From NCBI GenBank assembly GCA_038890745.1, contig JAWAFD010000004.1, forward strand, positions 1 to 64,000: a stretch of DNA of 64,000 bases. The letters are read 5' to 3'. The DNA comes from Candidatus Anstonellales archaeon. Its GTDB lineage: Archaea > Micrarchaeota > Micrarchaeia > Anstonellales > J096. Below are positions 1-9,826 of this stretch, one piece after another. Made by a program: the position numbers and the translations under genes. The first letter of the stretch is position 1. Each line of letters starts with the position of its first letter. The notes beneath the pieces were generated by a model. That model had not been told where the DNA came from. It made no database searches and worked only from the letters and a program-made list of their open reading frames with translations.

Positions 1-123
1 GAGGGAAGAAAGTTTAGAAATGCGAAAAGGGGCTTTGGGGATGTTATCCCCAAATGAGTTTAAGAATAGCGAAGGGGGGCGAGGCGGAATAAGCGCCAGG
101 GGGGTATTACCCCCCGAGGCTTA

Positions 124-247
124 TGCCGCAGGCCGGATTCTCAAACCCTTTTCCGCTGAAGCGCTTTTTGCGAAGCGAAAAGGGCTCTTTGAACCAGCAA
201 CACCTCGGTCTTCAGCCGAGTGCTCTCCCGGGTTGAGCTACTGCGGC
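124..247 (-). tRNA. tRNA-Phe(GAA) with 50-nt intron at T-loop position 59/60 (intron 138..187)
   Basis: Minus strand reads GCCGCAG TA GCTC..GAGC A CTCGG CT-GAA-GA CCGAG GTGTT GCTGG TTCAAA|intron|T CCGGC CTGCGGC A. BHB: TTCA/TGAG helix with AAG and AAT bulges. No encoded CCA. Confidence 0.95.
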
Positions 248-305
248 ATTACAATTTATTTTTTGCAGTATTGTTTTTAAATTGTTGCCTAGAACATACA
301 CTTTT

Positions 306-677
306 ATGGTCGACTATGTAAAATTTTTGCATCAGGGCAGAAGGATTGCTGAAAGTACTAGGTTTGCAGATGGAAATGCAAGAGACACTCTCCTAAAGGC
401 AGTTGCTCATTTCCGGAGTTGGCCCGGAGGAGCGGATTTTGGGGGCATGAATGAGGTTGCAGAAATCATGCTGCGGAAGGGTTTTGTTAAAGATGCGATC
501 AATGTTTTTGATGAAACCGGGAATGACGCAAGACTTGAGGAGCTTCTTGGAAATCGGAAAATTAGCAAAGAGGATAAAGAGACAATCCTGCTAATACTAA
601 AAACAAGACCGTATGCAGAATTTACAAACTTTAAACCTGAGCCAGAAAAAAAGATCAGCATTCCAGTAGAAAGATGA
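306..677 (+). CDS. hypothetical protein
   Basis: Open frame divergent from tRNA-Phe and abutting the pyrG stop. ATG at 306 preferred over TTG at 282. No recognisable motif. Confidence 0.6.
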   Translation: MVDYVKFLHQGRRIAESTRFADGNARDTLLKAVAHFRSWPGGADFGGMNEVAEIMLRKGFVKDAINVFDETGNDARLEELLGNRKISKEDKETILLILKTRPYAEFTNFKPEPEKKISIPVER

Positions 678-2252
678 TTATTTTTTTCCTGCTTCTTTTA
701 AAAATATCTTAAAAAGCGGGGCTGGAGCCTCCAATCTGCTTTTAAGCTCTGGATGGCTTTGGGTTGCTATTCCAAAACTATCCGGCCATTCGACCATCTC
801 CACAATATCTTTATGCCAGCCCGAAACAATAAGACCACTTTTCCTAAGCTCCTCAACAAAATCAGGATTTACCTCATACCTGTGCCTATGCCTTTCGTAC
901 ACCATCTCAGTTCCATACGCTTCCCATGCCCTTGTCCCTTTTTCTATTCTCATCTCATACGCTCCTAGCCTCATCGTTCCTCCCATCTTTGCAATCTGCC
1001 TCTGCTCAGGTAGAAGGTCTATTACCGGATGCTTTGTTTCCTTATCGAATTCAGTGGAGTTCGCATCCTTCCATCCTAAAACATTCCTAGCCCATTCCAC
1101 AACCATCAGTTGCATTCCTAAACAAAGCCCTAAATAAGGTATTTTATTCGTTCTTGCATAGTTTATGGCAGATATTTTCCCTTCTATCCCTCTCTTTCCA
1201 AACCCGCCGGGCACAATAATACCATCTACATCAGAAAGATGCTTCTTTGCGCCCTCCTCCTCTATCCATCCTGATTCCACCCACTTTATCTCAGGTTTTA
1301 TCTTAAGCCATGCACCTGCATGCACCAATGCTTCCTTAACGCTCAAATACGCGTCTTTTACATCAGTGTATTTTCCAACTATCGCAACCCTTGCTTTTTT
1401 TGTTGAACTCTTTATTCCATCTACTAACCTCTCCCAGCTTTCTAAATTTCCCTCTTTCCTCAATCCAAAATACTTCGCAACTATCTCATACACCCCCTGC
1501 TTTTCAAAAACAAGCGGAAGCTCATAAAGTGTTTCTACAAACGGGTCATCTATCACATTTTCTATTGGAACATTGCAGTACAAACTTATCTTTTCCTTTG
1601 CCTCTTTTTTCAGCTTCTCCTCTTCCCTTGCTATTATCATGTTTGGCTGTATTCCTAAGCTTTGTAAAAGTCTTGTTGCATGCTGAGTGGGTTTTGTTTT
1701 TTGTTCACCTGGAGAAATGCTTGGGACATAGGTTAATTGAATAAAAAATACCTGCTCCTCCAAACTCAGCTGCCTCATCGCCTCAAGAAAATACCCATTC
1801 TCCAAATCGCCGACTGTTCCGCCAACCTCTATGGCAACAACATCAGCCTTGCTTTCATCATAAACTTCCTTAACCCATTTCTTTATCTCATCTGTTAGAT
1901 GCGGGACAAACTGAACATCCCTTCCTAAATAATCCCCTCTCCTCTCTTTCTCTATAATCAACCTAAACAGCTTTCCACCAGTTATGCTGCATTTTCCAGG
2001 AATGGAAATGTTGAGAAAACGCTCGTATGTTCCAAAATCCAAATCCACTTCTGTTCCATCATCTAAAACGAAAACCTCACCGTGCCTGAACGGGTTCATC
2101 GTTCCGCAGTCCACATTCAGATATCCATCAAATTTTATTGGGATTACAGAATAACCCCTGCTTTGGAGAAGTTTTGCTATGCTGGAGGTAACCATCCCCT
2201 TTCCAAGCCCCGACATTATTGAGCCGACAATTACGATGAACTTTCTTGGCAT
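678..2252 (-). CDS. pyrG: CTP synthase
   Basis: GSIMSGLGKG, DGYLNVDCGTMNPFRHGEVFV, GGTVGD, GLCLGMQ (GATase Cys), RHRHRYEVN, HPE. Confidence 0.98.
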   Translation of the reverse strand: MPRKFIVIVGSIMSGLGKGMVTSSIAKLLQSRGYSVIPIKFDGYLNVDCGTMNPFRHGEVFVLDDGTEVDLDFGTYERFLNISIPGKCSITGGKLFRLIIEKERRGDYLGRDVQFVPHLTDEIKKWVKEVYDESKADVVAIEVGGTVGDLENGYFLEAMRQLSLEEQVFFIQLTYVPSISPGEQKTKPTQHATRLLQSLGIQPNMIIAREEEKLKKEAKEKISLYCNVPIENVIDDPFVETLYELPLVFEKQGVYEIVAKYFGLRKEGNLESWERLVDGIKSSTKKARVAIVGKYTDVKDAYLSVKEALVHAGAWLKIKPEIKWVESGWIEEEGAKKHLSDVDGIIVPGGFGKRGIEGKISAINYARTNKIPYLGLCLGMQLMVVEWARNVLGWKDANSTEFDKETKHPVIDLLPEQRQIAKMGGTMRLGAYEMRIEKGTRAWEAYGTEMVYERHRHRYEVNPDFVEELRKSGLIVSGWHKDIVEMVEWPDSFGIATQSHPELKSRLEAPAPLFKIFLKEAGKK

Positions 2253-2273
2253 AGCGATTTATTGGAGAAATAA

Positions 2274-2304
2274 AATAAAAAGGTTTCTTTTGGGATTGGA
2301 AAAT
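2274..2304. repeat. 31-bp direct repeat, copy 1 (AATAAAAAGGTTTCTTTTGGGATTGGAAAAT)
   Basis: Identical to 3223..3253. On the minus strand it holds a BRE/TATA-like GAAACCTTTTTATT upstream of pyrG. Confidence 0.9.
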
Positions 2305-2656
2305 CACTCTTTTATAAGCCCTTCGCATACGCTTATGATCTCTTTGGCTATGCCAACTGCTTCCTTGATCTCCTTTTCACTAACATCATCACTTTCAAAA
2401 CCATAAAGCGCGCCGTGCCTTTCCTCTTTGAATGCTTCGATAGCATTTATAAGGTGGAATGGAAATTTTCCTTTTTTCGCATATTTTTCATCCACATATC
2501 CGCAGACCTTAAAGCCCCGCTTTTTAAATCGAGCTCTGCTTCTTCAAGACATGCGCGAGCGGATTCAATAGACTTTTTAGATTTTATAAAATCAGGCCTT
2601 GTTTTTCTTAGCTTTCTCTCTTCAAAACATCTCTCCAATTCTTCAAACATACTCAA
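2304..2656 (-). pseudogene. HEPN-domain protein, frameshifted (fragments 2447..2656 and 2304..2495)
   Basis: N-terminal part (CFEERKLRK..SIESARACLEEAE) and C-terminal part (ERHGALYG..AVGIAKEII) are in different frames. Directly downstream of an MNT gene. Confidence 0.7.
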
Positions 2657-3197
2657 CTATAGGTAGGTTTCCTTTTAAAACTATTGAGTTTGTAATAACC
2701 TCGAGATAGAATGCCCTATTTTTTTCCGCAACTTTTTTCCATCCCTCGAGAGTGAAGCATTTTAGACTTACTTCGCGTTTTAGCATTTTTGAAAGCGTCA
2801 TACTGTTAGCATTGCACTTGGATGCAATAACGAGAATATCGCAGTCGCTGTTTTCATCATCTTCCCCCCTTGCGATGCTCCCATACACGACCAGGCTTTG
2901 CAGTCCAAAACTATTTTGTGATATATGCTCAACCATACCGCTCTTTTCTATGATATGGGTTGAATATGCAATCTTAAGTTTTTTGACTGCGGGAGACAGT
3001 ACTAGCTTAACAAAAACCCTTCCATAAGATTTGTTCCGTTCAGCCAACCCATACCCCACAAGTTCTTTAACTGCTCTATAACATGTTGAGCAACTCGTGC
3101 CGGTTTTTCTTGCAAGCTCTCTCAAGTGGATTTCTTTGTATGGGTGTTCGAGAAGGTAGGGGAGTATTCTGTTCCATTTTTGAAATATATTTTTCAT
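2643..3197 (-). CDS. HTH + minimal nucleotidyltransferase (MNT) antitoxin-like protein
   Basis: N-terminal HTH (HLRELARKTG); VYGSIARGEDDENSDCDILVI nucleotidyltransferase motif. Confidence 0.9.
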   Translation of the reverse strand: MKNIFQKWNRILPYLLEHPYKEIHLRELARKTGTSCSTCYRAVKELVGYGLAERNKSYGRVFVKLVLSPAVKKLKIAYSTHIIEKSGMVEHISQNSFGLQSLVVYGSIARGEDDENSDCDILVIASKCNANSMTLSKMLKREVSLKCFTLEGWKKVAEKNRAFYLEVITNSIVLKGNLPIVEYV

Positions 3198-3222
3198 ATT
3201 TGGAACATTAGCATAGAAAAAG

Positions 3223-3253
3223 AATAAAAAGGTTTCTTTTGGGATTGGAAAAT
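3223..3253. repeat. 31-bp direct repeat, copy 2
   Basis: Identical to 2274..2304. The two copies bracket the MNT-HEPN pair. Confidence 0.9.
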
Positions 3254-3261
3254 AAGAAACT

Positions 3262-3480
3262 TTATGGCCTCTCGTACGGACCGTTTCGCTGTGCTATTGT
3301 ACCAAAGTTATCTGGGTTTGGCTTATGATTCCCGAACTTTTGGATATTCCTTTCAGCTATTTTGCGGGCTACGTCATCTCCCCATCTTGCTCTTGCATAG
3401 TAAATTCTCGCTATCGCGTCATTTGGCACTCTTGCGTTAAGCGCATCACAAACATATTTCGGTCCTGGGTGCATAGACAT
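3262..3480 (-). CDS. small hypothetical protein
   Basis: GAGGTGA Shine-Dalgarno-like motif before ATG at 3480; fills an otherwise empty gap. Confidence 0.55.
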   Translation of the reverse strand: MSMHPGPKYVCDALNARVPNDAIARIYYARARWGDDVARKIAERNIQKFGNHKPNPDNFGTIAQRNGPYERP

Positions 3481-3601
3481 ATCTCTCACCTCTATTTGTT
3501 TCTTTTCGTGTTATTCTAAAAACATTTATAAATTTGCCGATTAATATTTCGGCAATTGCCAAACTAGGCTTTATTTAAATATTTTTCCCCAATTCTATTT
3601 G

Positions 3602-3994
3602 ATGGCGGTAAAATACGAGATTGCGAAGGATATTCAAGAAATGCTTGATGATGTCCTAGATGTTATGGAATGGAGGTATCTCATTCCTCCGAGAATAATC
3701 TGCATCAGAAGCAAAGGGGCGAAATCCAGAGCGTATGCGAGAATATGGCCATTCCCGAAAGTATGGCAGGTTGCCCTAGATCTTTCCGCACCTTTTTATG
3801 TCATAGAGTTTTTAAGCGAGAATTTTGATTCTTTGAGCGAAAAAAACAAAATAAAAACAATAATTCATGAAATTCTCCACATTCCAAAGAGCTTTGGTGG
3901 TGGCCTGCTGAGCCATAGGCAGGGAAGGATAAACAGAAGGACAGAAGAGGAAATTTTTAAGGAGTACAAGAGGAAGGGAGGGCTATTCGGCTGA
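3602..3994 (+). CDS. putative zinc metallopeptidase (HExxH)
   Basis: RSKGAKSRAYARIW, YVIEFLSE, IIHEILHIP. Confidence 0.8.
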   Translation: MAVKYEIAKDIQEMLDDVLDVMEWRYLIPPRIICIRSKGAKSRAYARIWPFPKVWQVALDLSAPFYVIEFLSENFDSLSEKNKIKTIIHEILHIPKSFGGGLLSHRQGRINRRTEEEIFKEYKRKGGLFG

Positions 3995-4528
3995 TTTTTT
4001 TATCCCGGCTAGCGCATTAAGAGCATTCGCAATTTCTTTCAGTGTCTCAGATATCGTTCCATACCTTTTCTCCATCCTATCAAATCTATCTATAGTATCT
4101 CTATGAAAATTATCCAATTTATCATTCATACTATCCAACTTCCCGTTCATACTATCCAGCTTCTTATCCATACCCCCTAATTTTTTGTTCATACTATACA
4201 AAAGATTTCCGGCCACATCCATTCTTTCTCCTAACTCTTCTATTGGTTTTCTTCTTATTATTTTGAAGTACTTAAACTTTCGAGTAGGCTTTTTTTCTTT
4301 TACTTCTATTTTTTCAACTTCTATAGGATAGTCCTTTATGTTTATTAGTTTTATAAATTTCTTTAACTGTTTCTCCTCACCTTCAGCTATTATCTCAACA
4401 GAAACCTCATCCTCTAAGTTTCTAACGCATCCCCGCAAGCCGAGCTTTCTTCCAATCTCAGCAACAACATCTCTATACCCTACTCTTTGGACCCTGCCGT
4501 AAACATGTATTACTACGCCTTTCTCCAT
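3983..4528 (-). CDS. acyP: acylphosphatase with C-terminal heptad-repeat coiled coil
   Basis: GRVQRVGYR and GCVRNLED motifs; tail MDKKLDS-MNGKLDS-MNDKLDN. Confidence 0.85.
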   Translation of the reverse strand: MEKGVVIHVYGRVQRVGYRDVVAEIGRKLGLRGCVRNLEDEVSVEIIAEGEEKQLKKFIKLINIKDYPIEVEKIEVKEKKPTRKFKYFKIIRRKPIEELGERMDVAGNLLYSMNKKLGGMDKKLDSMNGKLDSMNDKLDNFHRDTIDRFDRMEKRYGTISETLKEIANALNALAGIKKSAE

Positions 4529-4558
4529 GCTTTTCTTTCTATTTGGAAGGTTTTAAAA

Positions 4559-5458
4559 TCATTTGGTTAGCACTTCACACCCATCCTTATTCACAAGGAC
4601 AGTGTGTTCAAACTGGGCAACGATCCCTTCTCCTGCCTCTTTTAGAACAGGATATGTTCTGAGCATTCCCTTTTCAACCATTTCCCTTAATGTTGCATTA
4701 ACTATTAGCTTTGACTTGAATTCTTTGTGAAGCCATCTCTCTGCAAACGGAAGCAATCCATAATTGTCCAATATGTAGATCAGAACCTTTCTTCCTTGCC
4801 TCATGCGGACATTTCCGGGCGCGTGCAAACTAAAAATTCTCACCTCATCCGTATCATTCACATATCCCTTCCCGTTTGTTGCAAACGGCTCTATTGCAAA
4901 AACATCCCCTTCCTTGAATTCATAAGGGTCTGGGGTTTTTACATTCGGAATTTCTACCCCTGCATGAAGAAGCCCCTTTTCTATTTTATGCCCCGTAAGG
5001 TTTGCAATCGGCTTAAACCCATGCTCCTTTATCACACTCTCTATAATCCCTCCAATCTCCCCAACCTTTGCACCCGGCTTCACTCCTTCGATTGCCTTTT
5101 CAAGAGCTTTTTTGCTCGCCTCAAGAAGGTTTTCATTCTTTCCTGAAAGGTCTATTGTTATTGCAGAATCCCCTATGCAATCATTAACCCGCACACCTAG
5201 GTCTATCTTAACAACCCCTTCATCAGGAATGGTTTCCTTTTCATCCATACCCGGTGTGTAGTGGGCTGCTATGCTGTTTATACCTATGTTAAGCGGAAAT
5301 GCAAGCTTTGCCCCTTCATTCGCCACCATTTTTTCAACTGTTTCTGCTATATCCAACAAGCTCTCTCCGGGTATAACAAGCTTTTCTGCTTCCTTAAGGA
5401 CTTTTGCAGTTATTTTTCCTGCTTCTCTATAGTTTGAGAGTTCTTCTTCGCTCAACAT
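4559..5458 (-). CDS. map: methionine aminopeptidase type II
   Basis: AFPLN, AAHYTP, KIDLG, DSAIT, NLTGH, AIEPFAT, AQFEHT. Confidence 0.97.
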   Translation of the reverse strand: MLSEEELSNYREAGKITAKVLKEAEKLVIPGESLLDIAETVEKMVANEGAKLAFPLNIGINSIAAHYTPGMDEKETIPDEGVVKIDLGVRVNDCIGDSAITIDLSGKNENLLEASKKALEKAIEGVKPGAKVGEIGGIIESVIKEHGFKPIANLTGHKIEKGLLHAGVEIPNVKTPDPYEFKEGDVFAIEPFATNGKGYVNDTDEVRIFSLHAPGNVRMRQGRKVLIYILDNYGLLPFAERWLHKEFKSKLIVNATLREMVEKGMLRTYPVLKEAGEGIVAQFEHTVLVNKDGCEVLTK

Positions 5459-5555
5459 AACATCACGGAAAAATAATGGATAGGAAGGTTAAAATTGGTT
5501 TTGTTGGCATCAAAACCGCCATATTTTTAATCATTTGCTAACATAAAATAAAACT

Positions 5556-6326
5556 ATGAAAGTCGGCAGGGTCTTGGTTTCTTCTATGCTTGCAACTTTT
5601 TTTGGTTGCGCACCATTCTTTTTCCGTGAGACCCTTAGAGAACCTTTGCAACAATCCGCTCTTTTCCAACTCGAGATTATGGGTGTTAGGTCTTGTTCAA
5701 TGCTTAGCTCTGCTCCTGTTTCAGATGGGCAGGTTTTTTGGGGGAGAACGTATTCTCTTTATGCGGACAGGGATATAGTTAAGATATATCCTACTGATAT
5801 GCCCGGGGTTCTATTGGGCGATCCTGTTGTTGCTTTATCTTGCGGTCCAAACACAAAAAAAGGCCTACTAGAAGACATGTTTAACGGCCAAACCTATTTT
5901 ATTTCAATCTCTGAAAAAGACGGAAAAAAACTAGTTGATTTCTACAGAATAGATGGCAATCTTGTAGGTTGCGCAAACAGATTTGAGATGGACTTCGATG
6001 AATTATTCATATCCGGCAGGTTCTTGCTCGGAGTAAAAAAGGATAGGTTAGTGCTCTATCTTTATGAAGACAATCAACTTAAACAAAAGGACAGTGTGAA
6101 CATTGAAGGAAAGTTCAAGGTTTTTGCCAGCCATAACTTTGAGAGTTTTATAGTTATAAAAGAAAATGGTGGGTGTATAATTTTAGGAGAAGAAAGAGGA
6201 AAGGCGGAGGTTCCGTTTGATTCCGAGAGTGCGGCTCTTTACTATGATGGAAGAAATAAAAAGATGTATGTTGTAGTATTTAATTTAGATGGAGATGTGA
6301 AAGGTTTTTGCGAAATGAAATACTAA
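5556..6326 (+). CDS. hypothetical secreted or lipoprotein-like protein
   Basis: Hydrophobic N-terminus ending in FFGC; beta-rich body; no family recognised. Confidence 0.65.
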   Translation: MKVGRVLVSSMLATFFGCAPFFFRETLREPLQQSALFQLEIMGVRSCSMLSSAPVSDGQVFWGRTYSLYADRDIVKIYPTDMPGVLLGDPVVALSCGPNTKKGLLEDMFNGQTYFISISEKDGKKLVDFYRIDGNLVGCANRFEMDFDELFISGRFLLGVKKDRLVLYLYEDNQLKQKDSVNIEGKFKVFASHNFESFIVIKENGGCIILGEERGKAEVPFDSESAALYYDGRNKKMYVVVFNLDGDVKGFCEMKY

Positions 6327-6328
6327 TC

Positions 6329-6913
6329 CTATCTAGAAGTTTTTTGCGGCTTAGTTTCTGGCGGTGTTAATCCCTTTATTTTTACTATAATCTCCTCAAA
6401 AAGATCCATAGATAGATACGGTGGTGGCGTATATCTTGCATTTAATCCATTATTCTCCATTGCTACAGGAGCAGGTTTGGGCGATTCTATTGATGAAGGT
6501 CTTATTTCTGTTGCTGCATATCTAAGTTCAGGTGTTAATATAAGGATAAATAATTTTTCTTTTTTATCTTCTTCTTTTTTTATTTTATATAAAATTATCC
6601 AAATATCCTTTTCACCGCTGAATGTTCCTTCTTCTCTATACGACCCCCATAGTTTAAATAGTATATTCTCTTTTTTCTCAGGATTAATCCCTGTTTTTTC
6701 AGCTATTTCTTCAGCTAAATTTTTTCCTTCTTCAGGATATTCTCGCATTTTTTCTTCCATCCTCGCCCATTTTGTTGCTAGTCCGGGAGTCAGGGGAGGA
6801 ACGAAGTCAGCTAAAAATTCGATTCCTGAAATTGTTATCGTCCCCATATCAATTGAGCCTACAGTTATATACATTTTATTTCCTTCAGTTCTGATTTCAA
6901 CCCCGTTTACCAT
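6329..6913 (-). CDS. hypothetical protein
   Basis: GAGGTGA SD-like motif; overlaps the stop of the upstream ORF. Confidence 0.7.
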   Translation of the reverse strand: MVNGVEIRTEGNKMYITVGSIDMGTITISGIEFLADFVPPLTPGLATKWARMEEKMREYPEEGKNLAEEIAEKTGINPEKKENILFKLWGSYREEGTFSGEKDIWIILYKIKKEEDKKEKLFILILTPELRYAATEIRPSSIESPKPAPVAMENNGLNARYTPPPYLSMDLFEEIIVKIKGLTPPETKPQKTSR

Positions 6914-7683
6914 ATATCTTCACCTCTCGTAAATATTATAATATATCCTCTTTTTAAATATTCTAGTGTAATCAGCCAGGTCTTTCTCCAGGCATTTTTA
7001 TTAAGATTGTCTGTGTTTATTTTAACAATTTGGTTATTTTCGAGTGCCCATTTAAAATAACTAGCAAGAACGTTTGTCCCATGCCCAACTCCCTCTGGCC
7101 AGCTTTTGAGAAGTGGATATATAACTGCATTTTTTGTTCCCTCAGAATAATCCCAAATTCTAAGCCCATCAACAGTATCGCCTTTTACTTCTTTTAATCC
7201 TCTTGAACCTGCATAAATATTTTCGTCATTTCCTAAAACAAAACAAATCATATGGCCTTCTCCAGTTAGGGCTGGGCGTAGACCCATTACATTACCTTTC
7301 CTATCAAGATCAACGTACGCGCCTCTAATTACAGCCATTACATACTCAACTTTACCGGCTTCTGCTGCTGTTGCATTAAACACAGAAAAATTTACGCACA
7401 AACCACCATACTCAACTGCATCTTCCCATGTTATGTGTGCGTCGGGAGTATCATAATTATAAGGGAATAATTTTGCAATTTCATTTACTGTTCTTAACCA
7501 GCTTTCAAAAGTTTTTCCATCCCACCCATTATTTTTTAGAAAAATTCTCATGCTATCTATTTTATGTATTGTTATCGTGTCCCCGGTTGTAGGTAAAAAA
7601 TACCTTTCAAAATCTTTTTGGGTTTTCGGCTGGGCAAAAAGAAGGGCGCATGTTGTTGCAAAAACCACAGCCAGCTTTTTCAT
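6907..7683 (-). CDS. secreted protein, possible transglutaminase-like Cys-His-Asp fold
   Basis: Signal peptide MKKLAVVFATTCALLFA; GLCVNFS ... GHMICFV. Confidence 0.6.
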   Translation of the reverse strand: MKKLAVVFATTCALLFAQPKTQKDFERYFLPTTGDTITIHKIDSMRIFLKNNGWDGKTFESWLRTVNEIAKLFPYNYDTPDAHITWEDAVEYGGLCVNFSVFNATAAEAGKVEYVMAVIRGAYVDLDRKGNVMGLRPALTGEGHMICFVLGNDENIYAGSRGLKEVKGDTVDGLRIWDYSEGTKNAVIYPLLKSWPEGVGHGTNVLASYFKWALENNQIVKINTDNLNKNAWRKTWLITLEYLKRGYIIIFTRGEDIW

Positions 7684-7686
7684 GTT

Positions 7687-8430
7687 TTACTTTATGTTGG
7701 TAAATGTTTTTAAACCCTCGGGCAAGTACTCTATCACATCCCCAGCAGAGTACCAGTACCCATATTTTTTGAAAGCAAGCTCCCCAGCTTTTTTCAGAAC
7801 CTTTGCTCCAATCAAAGCGCTTTCTAGTAAAGAGTTTTTTGTTGCAAGCGCAGAAACAAAACCTGCTAAAACATCACCAGTTCCACCTTTCGTTAGTCCA
7901 GCATTCCCTCCCTTTATTTCATAAACTTTTTTTCCATCACTAACAAAATCAACAGGCCCTTTTTTCAGAATTACGCATCCATATTTTTTTGCCATCCCCT
8001 TCACATTCTCTTTCCTCCCCTTCTCTCCAAAAAAATACTCAAACTCCCCTTCATGCGGAGTGAGTAAAAATTTTTCATTCAGCATTTCTTTTCTTATTTT
8101 TCTGAACCCATCTCCATCCACAATTATTTTTTTCGCTTTCTCAAAAATCTCTTTACCATCTACTTTTGCATCCCCCAAGCCAGGCCCAAAAAGAACAGCA
8201 TCGCATTTTTCCAAGATCTTCAAATCATAAACAACAATAACCTCAGGAATGTTTTTCACAGCGTTTATTAGATAGCAGTCGTTTTCCCCCGGATAGAAAT
8301 AAACCAAATCCACAAACCTTTTTGCAGCTTGGATCGCCAGAACAGCAGAGCCATGGTATTGTTTTGATCCGGCAATTATTAGGAGTTTTCCATTTTCTCC
8401 TTTATGAGAATTTTTTTCAGGAATGAACAT
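7687..8430 (-). CDS. nnrD: ADP/ATP-dependent NAD(P)H-hydrate dehydratase
   Basis: SHKGENG, GPGLG, LTPHEGEF, KGPVD, KGGTGDVLAG. Confidence 0.93.
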   Translation of the reverse strand: MFIPEKNSHKGENGKLLIIAGSKQYHGSAVLAIQAAKRFVDLVYFYPGENDCYLINAVKNIPEVIVVYDLKILEKCDAVLFGPGLGDAKVDGKEIFEKAKKIIVDGDGFRKIRKEMLNEKFLLTPHEGEFEYFFGEKGRKENVKGMAKKYGCVILKKGPVDFVSDGKKVYEIKGGNAGLTKGGTGDVLAGFVSALATKNSLLESALIGAKVLKKAGELAFKKYGYWYSAGDVIEYLPEGLKTFTNIK

Positions 8431-8471
8431 GAAAAAATTTCTGTGTGAATGTTTAAGTATTTTTTGGAGTG

Positions 8472-9293
8472 TTAGTTTTGAATTTTATTTAGACTTGGTA
8501 ATATAAAAAATCCGCCTTCTCTTTCTAAACATTCCTCCCAATTATTAAACCTCTGTATTCGTTTTTCTACCCATCGCAGTTCATCGAGACCTTCACTATT
8601 ATCAAAGAAAGCCCTAGGTGCATTATCTGGGTTGGTGATTTCTGTAACAATTATTATCCCTGATTCTGCTCCTGGGTAGAGATACCTAGCAGCTGTTAGT
8701 TGAGATGTTTTCTGTAATTCTTTTAGCAGTTCGTTTGGTTCATTTACTCCATACTGATCTATACAAACAATCCCGTCACTTGATTTTACCAAAAGAAAAA
8801 CGTGACCTGATGGTATTATAACATACCCCCCATCTTCTAGTTTATAATATGGATAAGCCATTAAAATCCTTGTCTGAATCCCATACATATCGAGTATAGG
8901 TTTAATCAACCTAACCATACTCTTACAATCCAATGCTATTAAATTGAGTAGCTCGGAAAAGGTAGTGTACTCCGGCAGAGGAAGATCTGAAATAAGATAA
9001 TCTTTTCTTATTCTTTCATAAAGTTTTTTTAAGGATTCTTTACTGGCCACACCATCAAATCCGTATTTCCTCGAAAATGCTTTAATCTTTTCAGAGTCAG
9101 TATCAAAACAAAACAGATTTGGTTCATTCCCAATTCGTTCTATTATATCTTTATAAGACTGAAATACTTTTCTTTGAATTTCAGATGTAGTATCGGCTTT
9201 TGACAAGTAATAGGTGACCACACTTTGTGAATTTGGCAAAGGGGATATTGATACTCCATACAAGCAACTTAGCAGACAGAGCAGTTTTTTCAT
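8472..9293 (-). CDS. secreted protein, transglutaminase-like Cys-His-Asp fold
   Basis: Signal-like N-terminus; LDCKSMV ... GHVFLLV ... CIDQ spacing. Confidence 0.65.
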   Translation of the reverse strand: MKKLLCLLSCLYGVSISPLPNSQSVVTYYLSKADTTSEIQRKVFQSYKDIIERIGNEPNLFCFDTDSEKIKAFSRKYGFDGVASKESLKKLYERIRKDYLISDLPLPEYTTFSELLNLIALDCKSMVRLIKPILDMYGIQTRILMAYPYYKLEDGGYVIIPSGHVFLLVKSSDGIVCIDQYGVNEPNELLKELQKTSQLTAARYLYPGAESGIIIVTEITNPDNAPRAFFDNSEGLDELRWVEKRIQRFNNWEECLEREGGFFILPSLNKIQN

Positions 9294-9348
9294 GTTTTAA
9301 TTTATGGTAAGAAAAGAATAAAAATGTTGTTCCTTGCCATTTCTTTTA

Positions 9349-9714
9349 TTATTTTTTTTCAGGCAGATGAAATTCTATCTGTGCTGGGACTGTAGCGTTT
9401 ATTATGGTAGTCTTTCCACCAAGCGCGTAAGTTACTGCTGCCGTTGGGAATAGATACATTGTTCCTGGCCCAAGTTTATTTTCGTAATAAATTGTAGTAT
9501 TACCAGTACCAATCAACACAGTAAGCGTTCCGTTATCTTTATTATATGTAAATCCTTCGAAAGAATAACCTTTGGGTACTACAACACTGCCAATTCCAGT
9601 GATACTGACAATACTATTTCCGTCCTTGTCTTTTTTTATAGTATATCCAGGGCTTGGAGTTACTCCTGTTATCGTTATGCTAGGTTCCGGCATTTTAAAG
9701 ATATCTTGCGGCAT
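9349..9714 (-). CDS. hypothetical beta-rich protein
   Basis: GGTGG SD-like motif before ATG at 9714; Thr/Gly-rich. Confidence 0.6.
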   Translation of the reverse strand: MPQDIFKMPEPSITITGVTPSPGYTIKKDKDGNSIVSITGIGSVVVPKGYSFEGFTYNKDNGTLTVLIGTGNTTIYYENKLGPGTMYLFPTAAVTYALGGKTTIINATVPAQIEFHLPEKK

Positions 9715-9826
9715 TTTCCCACCATTCATTATTTACCCACAAATTATTTATAAACCTTCCCCCAACTTTTTATTTGTTTATTTTTATGGTTTAGTATTAA
9801 AAACATTTCTCTACATAATAAAAAAC

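Noticed and set aside
20..280. 86-aa ORF on the + strand
   Set aside because: Antisense to tRNA-Phe and its GC-rich hairpins; no protein-like features.
9572..9826. Long N-terminal extensions in the ORF track (patatin here; likewise bPH_2, CorA, purN, pduO, Zn ribbon)
   Set aside because: They overlap neighbouring genes or tRNAs; downstream ATGs with TATA- or SD-like signals fit better.
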